Below are positions 20,398 to 30,170 of a DNA stretch of 64,000 nucleotides, in pieces (position 1 is the stretch's first letter; the number at the start of each line of letters is the position of its first letter). Origin of the DNA: a virus (Duplodnaviria > Caudoviricetes). Made by a program: the position numbers and the translations under genes. Under the pieces are notes generated by a model that saw nothing but the letters and a program-made list of their open reading frames with translations, made no database searches and was not told the origin of the DNA. The stretch is from positions 64,001 through 128,000 of the IMG/VR virus record IMGVR_UViG_3300038679_000051. The stretch is one strand, 5' to 3'.

Positions 20398-20775
20398 TTA
20401 TCGCAATGGACAATGCGTCATTTGTTCAGACAACGACCATTCATGTTCGATGCCGCAGTTCGGACAGGCTTTTACGACGATCGGCCAGGCTTGACATGCT
20501 CTAATTGTAATCATCTCCTCGCATGTCGGACAATGGAATTCAGCCGCAAATTCACGATGACCGAACAATCCATAATCAGTATCACACGTACAATTTTCAC
20601 TGACGACGGCGACCGATAGACAAGTTGTCTTGTTTATTTTCCGAGCATCATTCCACATCGTCCGGAACGTTTTACAATCCTTACCTAATTTAGTCGCTTC
20701 CAATTTAACAACGGCTTCTTCGTACGTATTGCTGTTTTCGACGATCTCAAAAATCACTTCCTTCACTCTACCCAT
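20398..20775 (-). CDS. hypothetical Zn-ribbon protein
   Basis: CPTC and CPNC pairs. Confidence 0.5.
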   Translation of the reverse strand: MGRVKEVIFEIVENSNTYEEAVVKLEATKLGKDCKTFRTMWNDARKINKTTCLSVAVVSENCTCDTDYGLFGHREFAAEFHCPTCEEMITIRACQAWPIVVKACPNCGIEHEWSLSEQMTHCPLR

Positions 20776-21535
20776 GGCATTCTCCTTTCCACATCCCTTG
20801 TGTGCTTCTTTCTATGCATTTGATGGCAGCTTCTGACATCACGTCATATCCGATTTCCTCGAATATTTGTGATTGTATGCTGGCATCCAAATAGGGCAGA
20901 CAACGAGGATTACATTTGACTGCCTTCATCGCTATGCGTAAATCCTTGATTGGTTCAAAACCTGACAGAATCTTTGGTGCATCTGTCGGTAAAAGAGAAA
21001 ACATGATGTCAAAAAGTTCAACGTTACTCATCATTACATAATGGCTTAGACAACTTATCATTTTGGGATATACGCGAGCAACCGTTGCGAGCATGGCACT
21101 GGGCAGATACTGAGATAAAACGAATGAATTGTTGATGAACAAATTCAACTCTGGATCATAGAGTGACGTAATGATGGCCACTCTTTCGAAGGATGGTTGA
21201 TTCTTTAGAATTTCTATGACCTTTATTAATCGTCCGTTTTTCGACATAGTCAACAAAAATTCTTTCGTAAATCTTTCAACTAAATGAATTGGTGCATGCT
21301 TGCACACCATAGCACGGGTATCCCGATGTGCGTACCATGCTGGATCGAACAATAATTCTTTAGTGCGTTCATTCTTAAGATATGGGTAGAGATCTTTTAT
21401 GGGGTAAGACATTAATCTTTTCAAACATGTGGCCGGATTCCATCGTGCCGTGTTTCCATTTACATTGTGCACGGCTTCGATGATGTCGTCTATTTCCTCC
21501 TTGGTGGCAGTTTCCAACCACTGTGAAACGTCCAT
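20768..21535 (-). CDS. helical protein with a divergent MHW-type leader
   Basis: WLETATKEEIDDIIEAVHNV resembles the family leader; degenerate repeats at the C-terminus. Confidence 0.5.
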   Translation of the reverse strand: MDVSQWLETATKEEIDDIIEAVHNVNGNTARWNPATCLKRLMSYPIKDLYPYLKNERTKELLFDPAWYAHRDTRAMVCKHAPIHLVERFTKEFLLTMSKNGRLIKVIEILKNQPSFERVAIITSLYDPELNLFINNSFVLSQYLPSAMLATVARVYPKMISCLSHYVMMSNVELFDIMFSLLPTDAPKILSGFEPIKDLRIAMKAVKCNPRCLPYLDASIQSQIFEEIGYDVMSEAAIKCIERSTQGMWKGECHG

Positions 21536-21855
21536 TCTTTATTCCTCCTTTTCTGGTGCACCATACTGATAATATGGTGCACCCCAGATCACCTATTTCC
21601 GCATTATCTCATTCAATTCAAGCCAGGCTCGAACTCGACGCATGTACGTGAAGACATGTCGACGATTATCACATGTCTTCATTTCTTCATAATGTCGTGA
21701 TTCCTCATCCCACTGATAATTAAGAATCTGATTCATGTCTCTCAAAATGCCGTATGGAACTTTAACAAGTCTAGCTACTTGATTGTTAGGTTTCTTCGGT
21801 TTCTTCGTCGCTTTATTCATTTCGTTCCCTTTCTGTGGCAAACCACCATGTCTTT

Positions 21856-22143
21856 CTAAGAGTGGAATGACCAACGTTTATCTTCATGATGGTAAATCCC
21901 ACCAATGACGTATGCTGGATTTTGTGGAAGACCTTCTTTGGGATAATAAGTGGCGGTGATTTCATATTCCAGATTGTCGTTCGCCAATGGACATAAATAA
22001 CAGAAATTGTAACCCTTATGATGAAACGCCCACGTTGCCAAATATCCGACCGCTGCATTAAAATCTTTACATTCCCTAAGTTTATTCCATGTTTCATTGT
22101 CGCCTATGAGAATTACTTTGCGCTCGCATCTATCGTCCTCCAT
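21856..22143 (-). CDS. hypothetical protein
   Basis: RBS AGGAGG; C-terminal YVIGGIYH...WSFHS. Confidence 0.5.
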   Translation of the reverse strand: MEDDRCERKVILIGDNETWNKLRECKDFNAAVGYLATWAFHHKGYNFCYLCPLANDNLEYEITATYYPKEGLPQNPAYVIGGIYHHEDKRWSFHS

Positions 22144-22154
22144 GTCGATCCTCC

Positions 22155-23060
22155 TTAGACTTCCAATTTCCTGCGACCCAAAATGCGTGATTCCAAAGTG
22201 ATTGCCTGTTTTTCGAGGTCGGTCCCTGCCCCATTCAGAATCGATGAGTATTGTCTGATCCGTTCCTTGATCGCCTCAATTCTGCCGATGCGCGTCTTAC
22301 GCCACGTTTCAGTGACTTGTTGATGGCCTTCAGCCACGGCTTTGATGTCACGGTCAATTTCGAGCATCGACGCCAGCACCTCATCGTTGACGGCGGTTCT
22401 AACCGTTACGCGACTGCTTTCCACATCGGGAATCGGAAGATGATCAAAAGTGAGACCGGGGATTTGTTGCACCATCCGTGAGACGGCATCGATGACTTCG
22501 CCGTATGTGGCTGGGATGAAATAGACGCCACCTTGATTTCGGAGTGCCACGATGTCGGCACGACTCCTAAAGATCTTCTGTACGTATCGATTCATGTCGG
22601 ACGAATTGTACTTCGTCTTCTCAATTTCGAATAACTCAGCGATCCGTTTCTTGATTTCCTCGTTGCCTTTCACCAATGAGTCGGCAAAGATGCCGGTTTC
22701 GGCATATTTGTTCTTATCGATCACGACGCTCGTTTCCTTCACGTAATCGATATATGGTGTGTCATCATCCTGCAACGTCTCGGCAGTGAACTGATAGATT
22801 AGACGATCTTTATTTTCCGACACCAATTTGATGATGCGTTTTTCTTCCATGTTGCGTAGAGCACGAATGAATGATGAGCGCCAATTATGTTCTCGTGCGA
22901 AACTGGTGGGCAAACCGACCGATTCTAGAATTGCAGCGAATCTGTCTTGCGTCAATTCCACGTTGTGTGCGCTCGTCCAGCAGACATGCCCCAAAATTCG
23001 TACGTTCACGTTTTCCTGTTTGATTTGTCCAAAGATGGCACTTGCCGTCGTCATGTTCAT
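22155..23060 (-). CDS. conserved phage protein (DUF6744/DUF3150-like)
   Basis: LGHVCW...LRNQGGVYFIP motif typical of proteins in AAA/VWA neighbourhoods; family assignment from recall. Confidence 0.5.
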   Translation of the reverse strand: MNMTTASAIFGQIKQENVNVRILGHVCWTSAHNVELTQDRFAAILESVGLPTSFAREHNWRSSFIRALRNMEEKRIIKLVSENKDRLIYQFTAETLQDDDTPYIDYVKETSVVIDKNKYAETGIFADSLVKGNEEIKKRIAELFEIEKTKYNSSDMNRYVQKIFRSRADIVALRNQGGVYFIPATYGEVIDAVSRMVQQIPGLTFDHLPIPDVESSRVTVRTAVNDEVLASMLEIDRDIKAVAEGHQQVTETWRKTRIGRIEAIKERIRQYSSILNGAGTDLEKQAITLESRILGRRKLEV

Positions 23061-23101
23061 TCTCCTCGTTAGGTTGGAATTAGGTGGTAGTTTTGTTGGG
23101 A

Positions 23102-23488
23102 TTATTCGAATGCTTCGTCTTCGACCAGGGAATCTAATTTGCCGTCTTGATCGTAGTAAGCACCGATCGTAGTGCCGACCTTTAGATCTTTAATCAAATT
23201 TCTTATTTGTCTGATCTTACAAGCCTCGGCCCACATCCTCATGATGTATTGGTCTCGATTGCCAACTTCACCGTATTTGTTCAAAACTGCTATCCTGGCC
23301 AACCAAGACACGGACTCAGATACTTTCATTACTAGACCGACTGGTGATTTTGCTCGCGTGATCATGCCGATGAATTCCGTTGGGACTCCGAATTTTGGTT
23401 TATCCACGATTGTCAACGGTTCATTCGGGGCGAGATCGCCCAAGTTCCAGGATGGTGCAACAAGATATTTCCAACAATCCATGTTCAT
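23102..23488 (-). CDS. hypothetical protein
   Basis: Co-oriented ORF. Confidence 0.45.
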   Translation of the reverse strand: MNMDCWKYLVAPSWNLGDLAPNEPLTIVDKPKFGVPTEFIGMITRAKSPVGLVMKVSESVSWLARIAVLNKYGEVGNRDQYIMRMWAEACKIRQIRNLIKDLKVGTTIGAYYDQDGKLDSLVEDEAFE

Positions 23489-23489
23489 C

Positions 23490-24230
23490 TCACAATTCTA
23501 GTTTTCTGTGGCCCAATGCGCAGAATTTCTTAATTACCATTCTATCTACCGACGTTTCGTGCATCTCCTCGATCACTTCATCCTCCTGCTGTGACGTGAT
23601 GGCCACGTCTGCATCTGCGTCCGCGTCTGATCCATCTAACATTAATTTTCGTTGGCCTAATCCACCAAATTTGACGCGGACGACGTTGATGATTCTCTCG
23701 GCTAATTTTTTCAGGTATTCGCGGATTGATTGTGACAGTGCAGCATCCTTTTCGTTACATTCCTCCAAATTCATTGTCAACGTATCACGCATTCGCCGTA
23801 CGCCATTGGCAACCTTCGTCTCGTTCTTGCTGAGCAGCAACACGTGTGAATCCTTGGACCAGGAGTTCAACACGGTCACCATCATGTGTTTTGATGGGTC
23901 ATACGATTGTAGGACCTTAAACGTGCCATCTTGAGCATTCTGGACGTATTCCAGTTGCGTCACTTTATATTGAGTGCCGAGCATTCTGGCCGCCTCGTTG
24001 TCCTTCTTGAGTTGTTTCTCGTCCTGTGGTGCATAACCTTTCTTCACCTTTTCATTGATTTTGTCTTGGATGAATGCGGCACGTTCATATGGCGATCCGA
24101 AATCGTGCGTCTTTTCTTGCGGTTTCAATCCAATCCTTCCCCACTGAACTTTCACGGAAGTCGTACCAATTTCCTCGTATGCCCACATCTTATTCGAACT
24201 TCCCTCTTTGCACGTGAAGATTTGTTTCAT
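23490..24230 (-). CDS. WGR-domain protein
   Basis: SSNKMW...VQWGRIG...INEKVKKGY. Confidence 0.75.
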   Translation of the reverse strand: MKQIFTCKEGSSNKMWAYEEIGTTSVKVQWGRIGLKPQEKTHDFGSPYERAAFIQDKINEKVKKGYAPQDEKQLKKDNEAARMLGTQYKVTQLEYVQNAQDGTFKVLQSYDPSKHMMVTVLNSWSKDSHVLLLSKNETKVANGVRRMRDTLTMNLEECNEKDAALSQSIREYLKKLAERIINVVRVKFGGLGQRKLMLDGSDADADADVAITSQQEDEVIEEMHETSVDRMVIKKFCALGHRKLEL

Positions 24231-24604
24231 CGACGTTCCCCTTTTGGTTGACAGTATTTGTCGATTACGCCCTTTAATTTATCTTTAGGCGTGGCCGTAA
24301 TTTTTGCAATCAATCCCGGATTTTGCCTCAACAACGACAACAGCATTCTAGCTTCTCTGCGACGATTGTTTTTCGCCTGTTTGCGACATTCTTTACACAA
24401 TTCGGATTGATAGAAACATGACGTGAACGATTCATGCTTCTTTTTGCATTTCTTGCAGATTAGCGTGCCAATCTGCTTGTTCGATTCTAAGTCGTATCTC
24501 AATGATCCGACGACGAAATGTGGATATTTCTCTTTTAATTCCGTTTCATCCATCCTGGCTGCGGCTACTCGTTCCAACAGCATCTGCATTTCTTTTTTGT
24601 CCAT
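24227..24604 (-). CDS. Zn-finger protein, paralogue of 25383..25667
   Basis: KYPHFVVGS...CKKC...FTS...CKEC. Confidence 0.55.
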   Translation of the reverse strand: MDKKEMQMLLERVAAARMDETELKEKYPHFVVGSLRYDLESNKQIGTLICKKCKKKHESFTSCFYQSELCKECRKQAKNNRRREARMLLSLLRQNPGLIAKITATPKDKLKGVIDKYCQPKGERR

Positions 24605-25337
24605 TTTTCTCCTCCGTGTTCTCGATCCACGTTCTGATCATGCTGTTCAGATGTCTGTGTTCGTTTGGCATTATGCGTATGAATTCCGAAAATTCATCGA
24701 CGTACAGATCTCTTTTGTTGGCCATGTTTTCAGCAACTATCATTTGTGCTTCGAGCAGCGTTTGTTTGTCTTTGAACCGAAGTTTATGTAACAACCACGG
24801 CGATCGACTTTTTTTAATTGCGATCAATTTCATGTCATCACCCATGGCATAACCGTAGTCTAAGGGTAATTTTGGGTTAACGTTGATCGCGATGATTGTC
24901 AACTCCCTGATTTGTTCTTCCGTATAATTCAAATGCTTGCAACTATGCTTGCATTGATTTAGGAAATTACTGACACATTTTTCGGATGCGGCATGCATCG
25001 CTGCATGGCGGAATTCAAAATTATCTAATTCTGATGGGATTGTAATGTGACCTCTATTGACGTTCGTGTATGTCTGTAGAATCAATTCCGGCACTTTGCA
25101 TTTCATGTTATAAATCCATGTTCCATTTATGAGAGAATATTTTTTATGTCCAGTGTCGGCATGTTCAATCAAATTAGCCATCAATTTATGATCCGTCATT
25201 CGTAAGACGTTTTTGTCGACTTTTCGCATTGCTTGCAATATGTCTTCGACGATTTCCCGCGTCGCTAATGATGATGCAATAAATTCCTTGAACGGCATTG
25301 GTCTCCACTTCGGTTCATTCATCGCTTCTCCTTCCAA
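24546..25337 (-). CDS. helical protein with a divergent MHW-type leader
   Basis: LATREIVEDILQAMRKVDKN...MTDHKL resembles the leader. Confidence 0.5.
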   Translation of the reverse strand: MEGEAMNEPKWRPMPFKEFIASSLATREIVEDILQAMRKVDKNVLRMTDHKLMANLIEHADTGHKKYSLINGTWIYNMKCKVPELILQTYTNVNRGHITIPSELDNFEFRHAAMHAASEKCVSNFLNQCKHSCKHLNYTEEQIRELTIIAINVNPKLPLDYGYAMGDDMKLIAIKKSRSPWLLHKLRFKDKQTLLEAQMIVAENMANKRDLYVDEFSEFIRIMPNEHRHLNSMIRTWIENTEEKNGQKRNADAVGTSSRSQDG

Positions 25338-25382
25338 TGAGCATGGGTGGCGAGGTAAGCCTCGCCACCCATGTCGTTATCG

Positions 25383-25667
25383 TTATTTCTTATCTTTCTT
25401 CGTTTCTTTCTTGACCTCTTTCTTTGTCTTTGTTTCTTCTTTGGTCTCTTCTTTAATTTTCTTGGTTTTCTTGCGACAATCCGCACATGTCTTCAGTTGG
25501 AACAGATCGGATGTGAAGCATTCGTATTCCGTACCACAGGCACATTTACAACGCGCACGTTGTTTGTTCTTGGTGGCATCCCAAACGATGGAACCCGCGA
25601 CGAAGTGTGGATACTTGGCGAAGTATTCATCGCCTTTTCTTTTCACTTGCTTTGCTTGCTTTGCCAT
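25383..25667 (-). CDS. Zn-finger protein, paralogue of 24227..24604
   Basis: KYPHFVAGS...CKCAC...FTS...CADC plus a Lys/Glu-rich tail. Confidence 0.55.
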   Translation of the reverse strand: MAKQAKQVKRKGDEYFAKYPHFVAGSIVWDATKNKQRARCKCACGTEYECFTSDLFQLKTCADCRKKTKKIKEETKEETKTKKEVKKETKKDKK

Positions 25668-25793
25668 GGTCTCTTCTCCTTTTGTTTCGGTTCAATTGCC
25701 AATTGCACGATTTGTACGACACGGTTTACGTCTTAATCATCACATTCGTTTAATCTCCTTTTGATTGTTGTCAATCATTGCGTTTGCATTTGC

Positions 25794-25822
25794 GTTTTAA
25801 TCTCTATTGGGTCGATTGTCAA
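25794..25822 (-). promoter_or_regulatory. sigma70-like promoter
   Basis: TTGACA-17 nt-TAAAAC on the minus strand. Confidence 0.4.
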
Positions 25823-25834
25823 GAATTAAATTAA

Positions 25835-25990
25835 TGCCGGTCTAACTTCTTGACCGGCAAGTCCCGCAATCGGGAAGGAGACCGATAGGGACCTGCGGGT
25901 GATTTGGGGCTGAATGTTACGACCTTTCGGCCGCTGAGCCTGCCCTTGGGGTACGTCCGCCCGCTGCGTCGCTCCCGCATTCGGCTCATA
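25835..25990. other. GC-rich structured non-coding segment
   Basis: Hairpins TGCCGGTC/GACCGGCA, CCCGCA..ATCGG/CCGAT..TGCGGG and GGCC-GAAA-GGTC. Confidence 0.4.
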
Positions 25991-25992
25991 CA

Positions 25993-26499
25993 TTACATAA
26001 TTTTTATTTTTTTCGATTTAGATAAGAATTTGGCAAAATTCCTACTGAAATCAGTAGGCTTGCAGAAGCATTCTGGAGAGAAGACAGATTTCTCACCAGT
26101 GAGCAAGTAACCTATGACTATTTGATAATCACCATAATGACGGTTATTTAACACGACCAACATGACGTTGCATCCGTCTACAATTCTAGCTTCTATTTTA
26201 TTGCCGAATTTATTTGGCCAAATGCAGTCTTCAATGTTGATCTTCCGTCCAAATTTCTTAATGATTTGCTCATTGACATACGTCTCTTCCATGCGTACAA
26301 TCGCAGCCTTAAATTCGTCTATTGCGTTTGGCATGTCTGGTGCAGACATTTCGAACGATGCGTCGCCGATGGTTATTTTGACGGGCACTCGTTTTATATC
26401 GAGTTCATTAAGCTTGTGTTTTAATTGGTCAATCATCGTTTCTCCTTCCATGGGCTGGGCGGCGAGGCTTACTCGCCCAGCTTCGTCATTCTGGCTCAC
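25993..26499 (-). CDS. hypothetical protein
   Basis: Co-oriented ORF; probable start at internal MIDQL. Confidence 0.45.
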   Translation of the reverse strand: MSQNDEAGRVSLAAQPMEGETMIDQLKHKLNELDIKRVPVKITIGDASFEMSAPDMPNAIDEFKAAIVRMEETYVNEQIIKKFGRKINIEDCIWPNKFGNKIEARIVDGCNVMLVVLNNRHYGDYQIVIGYLLTGEKSVFSPECFCKPTDFSRNFAKFLSKSKKIKIM

Positions 26500-27040
26500 C
26501 CATCATGAAAATTCTTGCATTCTTACCTTGACTCCGTAGCACGCTTAATCGTGCTTTTGCTTTTTCTATTTCGGTAACCGGAAACGTTAGGGCATCCAAC
26601 TCCTGGTAACAACCCTCATAGCAGGGATTACCCTTGGGGTTTTTTGTGATTGCGCAGATTAAAAAGCGCGTCTTTAACTTCATTGTCGTGGGTTTGGGGT
26701 GCATTTCTTGTTCATCCAATTCCGTGAACGGTCCATAACGTTCCTGCTCAAGATAGGCGTTGACTAAATCGTGTTGTTCATCCACCTCCTTCTGTGTCAT
26801 CGGCTGGATTGGATTAACGGGGATGCCGGATCGCATTAATCGTTTGCCGGTCGTTGGGTCGTATGAATAAACCATCTTGATCTCCTTATAAACGTGGATT
26901 GAAACTACCATGTGCTTGTTTTTGTATCTTGTAGTGGTGTCGAAACTGGGTGAGAGCAGTCGTAGCCGCAATTCAGCCAGATATTGTTCGACGAAAAGCA
27001 GACGTTCATGTCCTTGTAAATCAAAAACGAACAAAGTCAA
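26486..27040 (-). CDS. hypothetical protein
   Basis: Co-oriented ORF; probable start at internal MVYSYDP with AGGAG. Confidence 0.45.
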   Translation of the reverse strand: MTLFVFDLQGHERLLFVEQYLAELRLRLLSPSFDTTTRYKNKHMVVSIHVYKEIKMVYSYDPTTGKRLMRSGIPVNPIQPMTQKEVDEQHDLVNAYLEQERYGPFTELDEQEMHPKPTTMKLKTRFLICAITKNPKGNPCYEGCYQELDALTFPVTEIEKAKARLSVLRSQGKNARIFMMGEPE

Positions 27041-27343
27041 TCTGGGGCTACGTTACCGCCAAGCGTGCCATGATCACCAAATTCGATGTCGGCGAAACGT
27101 TGAGCGACCTCACGGATCTTGGTGATTCTTTTCTTTGTCTTACTATTCATCTTTTGCTCCTTTTTGTTTTCTTTTTTCCGACATATTTAAGCTTAATCGC
27201 TCCACCTACCGTAGCGGATAGGTCTCGCGGCACGCGTCTCCAGACACTATCTGGGACGGTCTTACCGATTTCAGACAAAATCGTCCCAATGGATTTCACT
27301 TTCTTTTTCCGCTTCCCGCATGGTTTTTTCATTTCTTCCTCCT

Positions 27344-28663
27344 TTATGAGGCGTAGAACTCCTGAGGTAGCAGGCTCATGTCCCACATATTCTTCCACCC
27401 CCGGCGTCCGGTATCCCGCCAGATGACCAGCTTCTTCTCGGCGTACGGAGCGAAGACTTTCCGACATTGGGCCAAGAATGGCACTTCCCATGCCGTCGTC
27501 ATCTTGGTCACAATCTCGGACCCAACCCTCTCGGCCAGCTTCTTGGGGATGTCCCCATAGAGGCAGGTCAACCCGACGCAAATCTCGTCGGCCAACCCAT
27601 ACGCCTCGGCGAACGTCCCATGTTCTATTGCCATGCTAGAGATGTCCGGCATACATGGACAGACGTTGACCACCAGTTTGATTTTCCTCTGTCTGTAGAT
27701 CTCCCTAATCGCAGCAATCCTCTGTTCGTTGGGCGGCGCGTTTTGTTCCAGCCGCTTTCGCATCTCCTCGTCGAATGGAGAGAGTGCCATGTGGATGGAC
27801 GGATTCGGGAGCTTCGATATGAGGTCGAGATCACGAACCACAAGTGGTGATTTGGTGAAGATCCCGACCTTGGTCACATCTTTACCGCCGACAAGGTGAC
27901 GTAGGATGGTCTGCGTCGCCAGCGCCTTCTCCTCGCAGGGCTGGTACGGGTCTATATGGGTGCCGATAACCACCCTTCCCTTGAGGTCAAGTGGTAAGCA
28001 GGAAAAATCCTTGGACACACAGCCGTAGCAGTAGACGCAGCCGTGGGAGCAACCAGTGTACGGGTTATATCCGCGATCGAAACAGGAGAATCCGGTGGTC
28101 CTCGCATCCGTTGCCCCTTGCACGGAGGCGGTCGACCCCAGAAGCACGGCCTCGTAATTCTTGATCTCGAACACGTCGGTCTGGGCGTATTGATTGGTTA
28201 CACCAGCCAGTAGGGCGTGCATCGCCTCGTCGTGAGTCTCCACGGCCCTGACCGTCCGTTTGGACACCTCGCCTGTCTTATTGAAAAAGATCTTGATCAC
28301 CAGGAACGTTCCGGTCCGAATGGCGTGTTTCTTCTTGTCGCCCCGGCCCATGGTAATGGTAATCTTCTGATTGCCGGGGACTTCCAGCGTCCGATAGATT
28401 GCGCCATCCTTGGAAATGAAAGCGGCATTCCGCGTAGTGTGCCAGTGGAAGTTGCCATCGTACGTCTCGGAGAGCGCTCCCTCTCCGCCTTTCTGGACGG
28501 AGACCACGACGTTACTGATCTTCCCCGATCCGCCCCGGTCCTCGTTCCTGGTGCTCTGAATCCCGACGATCCAGTAATCGCCGTCCTTACTTTGCATCTT
28601 GCCGAAGTCCAGCCCAGACTTCATGTTGGTACCCTGGAAGAGCGGAGTCACGTCTTTTTCCAT
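27344..28663 (-). CDS. radical SAM protein (SPL-like/Rv2578c-like) with an unknown N-terminal domain
   Basis: NPYTGCSHGCVYCYG (CxxxCxxC), THIDPYQPCE, IFTKSPLVVRDLDL. Confidence 0.8.
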   Translation of the reverse strand: MEKDVTPLFQGTNMKSGLDFGKMQSKDGDYWIVGIQSTRNEDRGGSGKISNVVVSVQKGGEGALSETYDGNFHWHTTRNAAFISKDGAIYRTLEVPGNQKITITMGRGDKKKHAIRTGTFLVIKIFFNKTGEVSKRTVRAVETHDEAMHALLAGVTNQYAQTDVFEIKNYEAVLLGSTASVQGATDARTTGFSCFDRGYNPYTGCSHGCVYCYGCVSKDFSCLPLDLKGRVVIGTHIDPYQPCEEKALATQTILRHLVGGKDVTKVGIFTKSPLVVRDLDLISKLPNPSIHMALSPFDEEMRKRLEQNAPPNEQRIAAIREIYRQRKIKLVVNVCPCMPDISSMAIEHGTFAEAYGLADEICVGLTCLYGDIPKKLAERVGSEIVTKMTTAWEVPFLAQCRKVFAPYAEKKLVIWRDTGRRGWKNMWDMSLLPQEFYAS

Positions 28664-28672
28664 TTCTTCCTC

Positions 28673-29236
28673 CTATCCGTTGTACGCCGTCTGACAATCC
28701 TCATCGCAGCATCGTTGCCCGCGTTCTGTCGGTTCAAACCAATTTCCACACCAATCACATTGTCGCGGATTTTGCCATGATGGACATCCGGTCTCATGAC
28801 AAAAAACGCCATTTATCATGACTGCTTCACAATCATCGCATTTCTTAACCTTCCGTGGCTTAATTCCGGGCATTCTCTCCTTTCTTGTAGTATGGATTGA
28901 CAAACGTTCCTCATTTCTGCAGGTAGCCAGAAATCCTATCCAATCACGAATGTGTTGAATGCTGTCCAAATCATGAAGATTCGTCTGAATTTCAAACTCA
29001 TCACCTTTCAATCTATAATGCATCCATACGTTTCCATTTTCATAAAAGATGATATAAACGTTCGCCAATGGTACGCCGAACGGCGATTCTAATTTAAATG
29101 ATGCCGTGGCTACTTGAGTGGCTACTTGAACGAATTTAATGCCCAAGTCTTTGGTCAATTCATCGAGGATTTTCTGATACATGGCCTCAATTTCCTGACG
29201 TTGGTCGTCTCTGCTTCTTCTTTTTGTCTGATTCAT
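28673..29236 (-). CDS. hypothetical protein, possibly a fusion of two genes
   Basis: Internal AAGGAG-ATG precedes a CDDC..CHETGCP..CDWC module. Confidence 0.5.
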   Translation of the reverse strand: MNQTKRRSRDDQRQEIEAMYQKILDELTKDLGIKFVQVATQVATASFKLESPFGVPLANVYIIFYENGNVWMHYRLKGDEFEIQTNLHDLDSIQHIRDWIGFLATCRNEERLSIHTTRKERMPGIKPRKVKKCDDCEAVMINGVFCHETGCPSWQNPRQCDWCGNWFEPTERGQRCCDEDCQTAYNG

Positions 29237-29525
29237 CTATGAATGGCATTACATTTCCACTGTTAATATCATCCTTGATGTTGATTTTTATATGGTGATC
29301 CATTAACCAATCCACCAAGAACAATAGACCAATCCACCAAGAACAATAGTCGCAATTCCATTCCTTTCCATTTACAGTAAAGCCACTTCTTGACTTCCTT
29401 GTGAAAACTATCTTAAATTCACGAATGTCCGGTTTTTGCTTCTTTTGCTTCTTTTGTTTTTTCATTTTCATTCTCCTCTTTCTGCGTCCACGGAGCAGAC
29501 GACCATCAACATTGATGGTCGTCAT
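29187..29525 (-). CDS. hypothetical protein with a 22-bp tandem duplication
   Basis: ACCAATCCACCAAGAACAATAG at 29306-29327 and 29328-29349. Confidence 0.45.
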   Translation of the reverse strand: MTTINVDGRLLRGRRKRRMKMKKQKKQKKQKPDIREFKIVFTRKSRSGFTVNGKEWNCDYCSWWIGLLFLVDWLMDHHIKINIKDDINSGNVMPFIDESDKKKKQRRPTSGN

Positions 29526-29548
29526 TCCCTCAATTTCCTGACGTTTCT

Positions 29549-30160
29549 CTACTTCTTCTTTATGGAAAGTGATTCTATTTCAAATTTAGTTGTATCGACA
29601 AAATCTATTACCTCCGTCATATTTGCTGCAATTGCTGCATCAATCGCTGCAGTGCAAATTTCCAACGTCTGCTTTTTAACAAATTCAAGCGCCATCCCGC
29701 ATTTCTGCACTGCTGCCAGACATATTTCCGGCGTCTGCTTTTTTACATATTCAAGCGCCTGACCATTTTGTTTTACTGCCGCCAGACATATTTCAGGTGT
29801 CTGTTTTTTGACATATCGAAGTGCCCAACCATTTTCTTTTACTGCTGCCATACATATTTCCGGCGTCTGCTTTTTTACATATTCAAGCGCCTGACCATTT
29901 TGTTTTACTGCCGCCAGACATATCTCTGGCGTCTGATCTTTGACGAATTTAATTGTATAACCATTTCGTTGTACTGCTGCCATGCATATTTCAGGAAATT
30001 GATCGCCCAAATCATGGAGTACGCCCCACAAGCTTATTTCATTGTTCAACAATCTCTCTACAATCGTTTCATCCTTCATCTGTTTATAATCGTCAATCTT
30101 CTGCACTACTTGAATTACGTCGCTTATTTGTTTCTTGCTTGCGTTCGTCATCCAGTGCAC
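29549..30160 (-). CDS. DUF4116-like repeat protein with MHW leader (GTG start)
   Basis: GGAGATAAAAC-GTGCACTGG; about 5 repeats. Confidence 0.75.
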   Translation of the reverse strand: MHWMTNASKKQISDVIQVVQKIDDYKQMKDETIVERLLNNEISLWGVLHDLGDQFPEICMAAVQRNGYTIKFVKDQTPEICLAAVKQNGQALEYVKKQTPEICMAAVKENGWALRYVKKQTPEICLAAVKQNGQALEYVKKQTPEICLAAVQKCGMALEFVKKQTLEICTAAIDAAIAANMTEVIDFVDTTKFEIESLSIKKK

Positions 30161-30170
30161 GTTTTATCTC

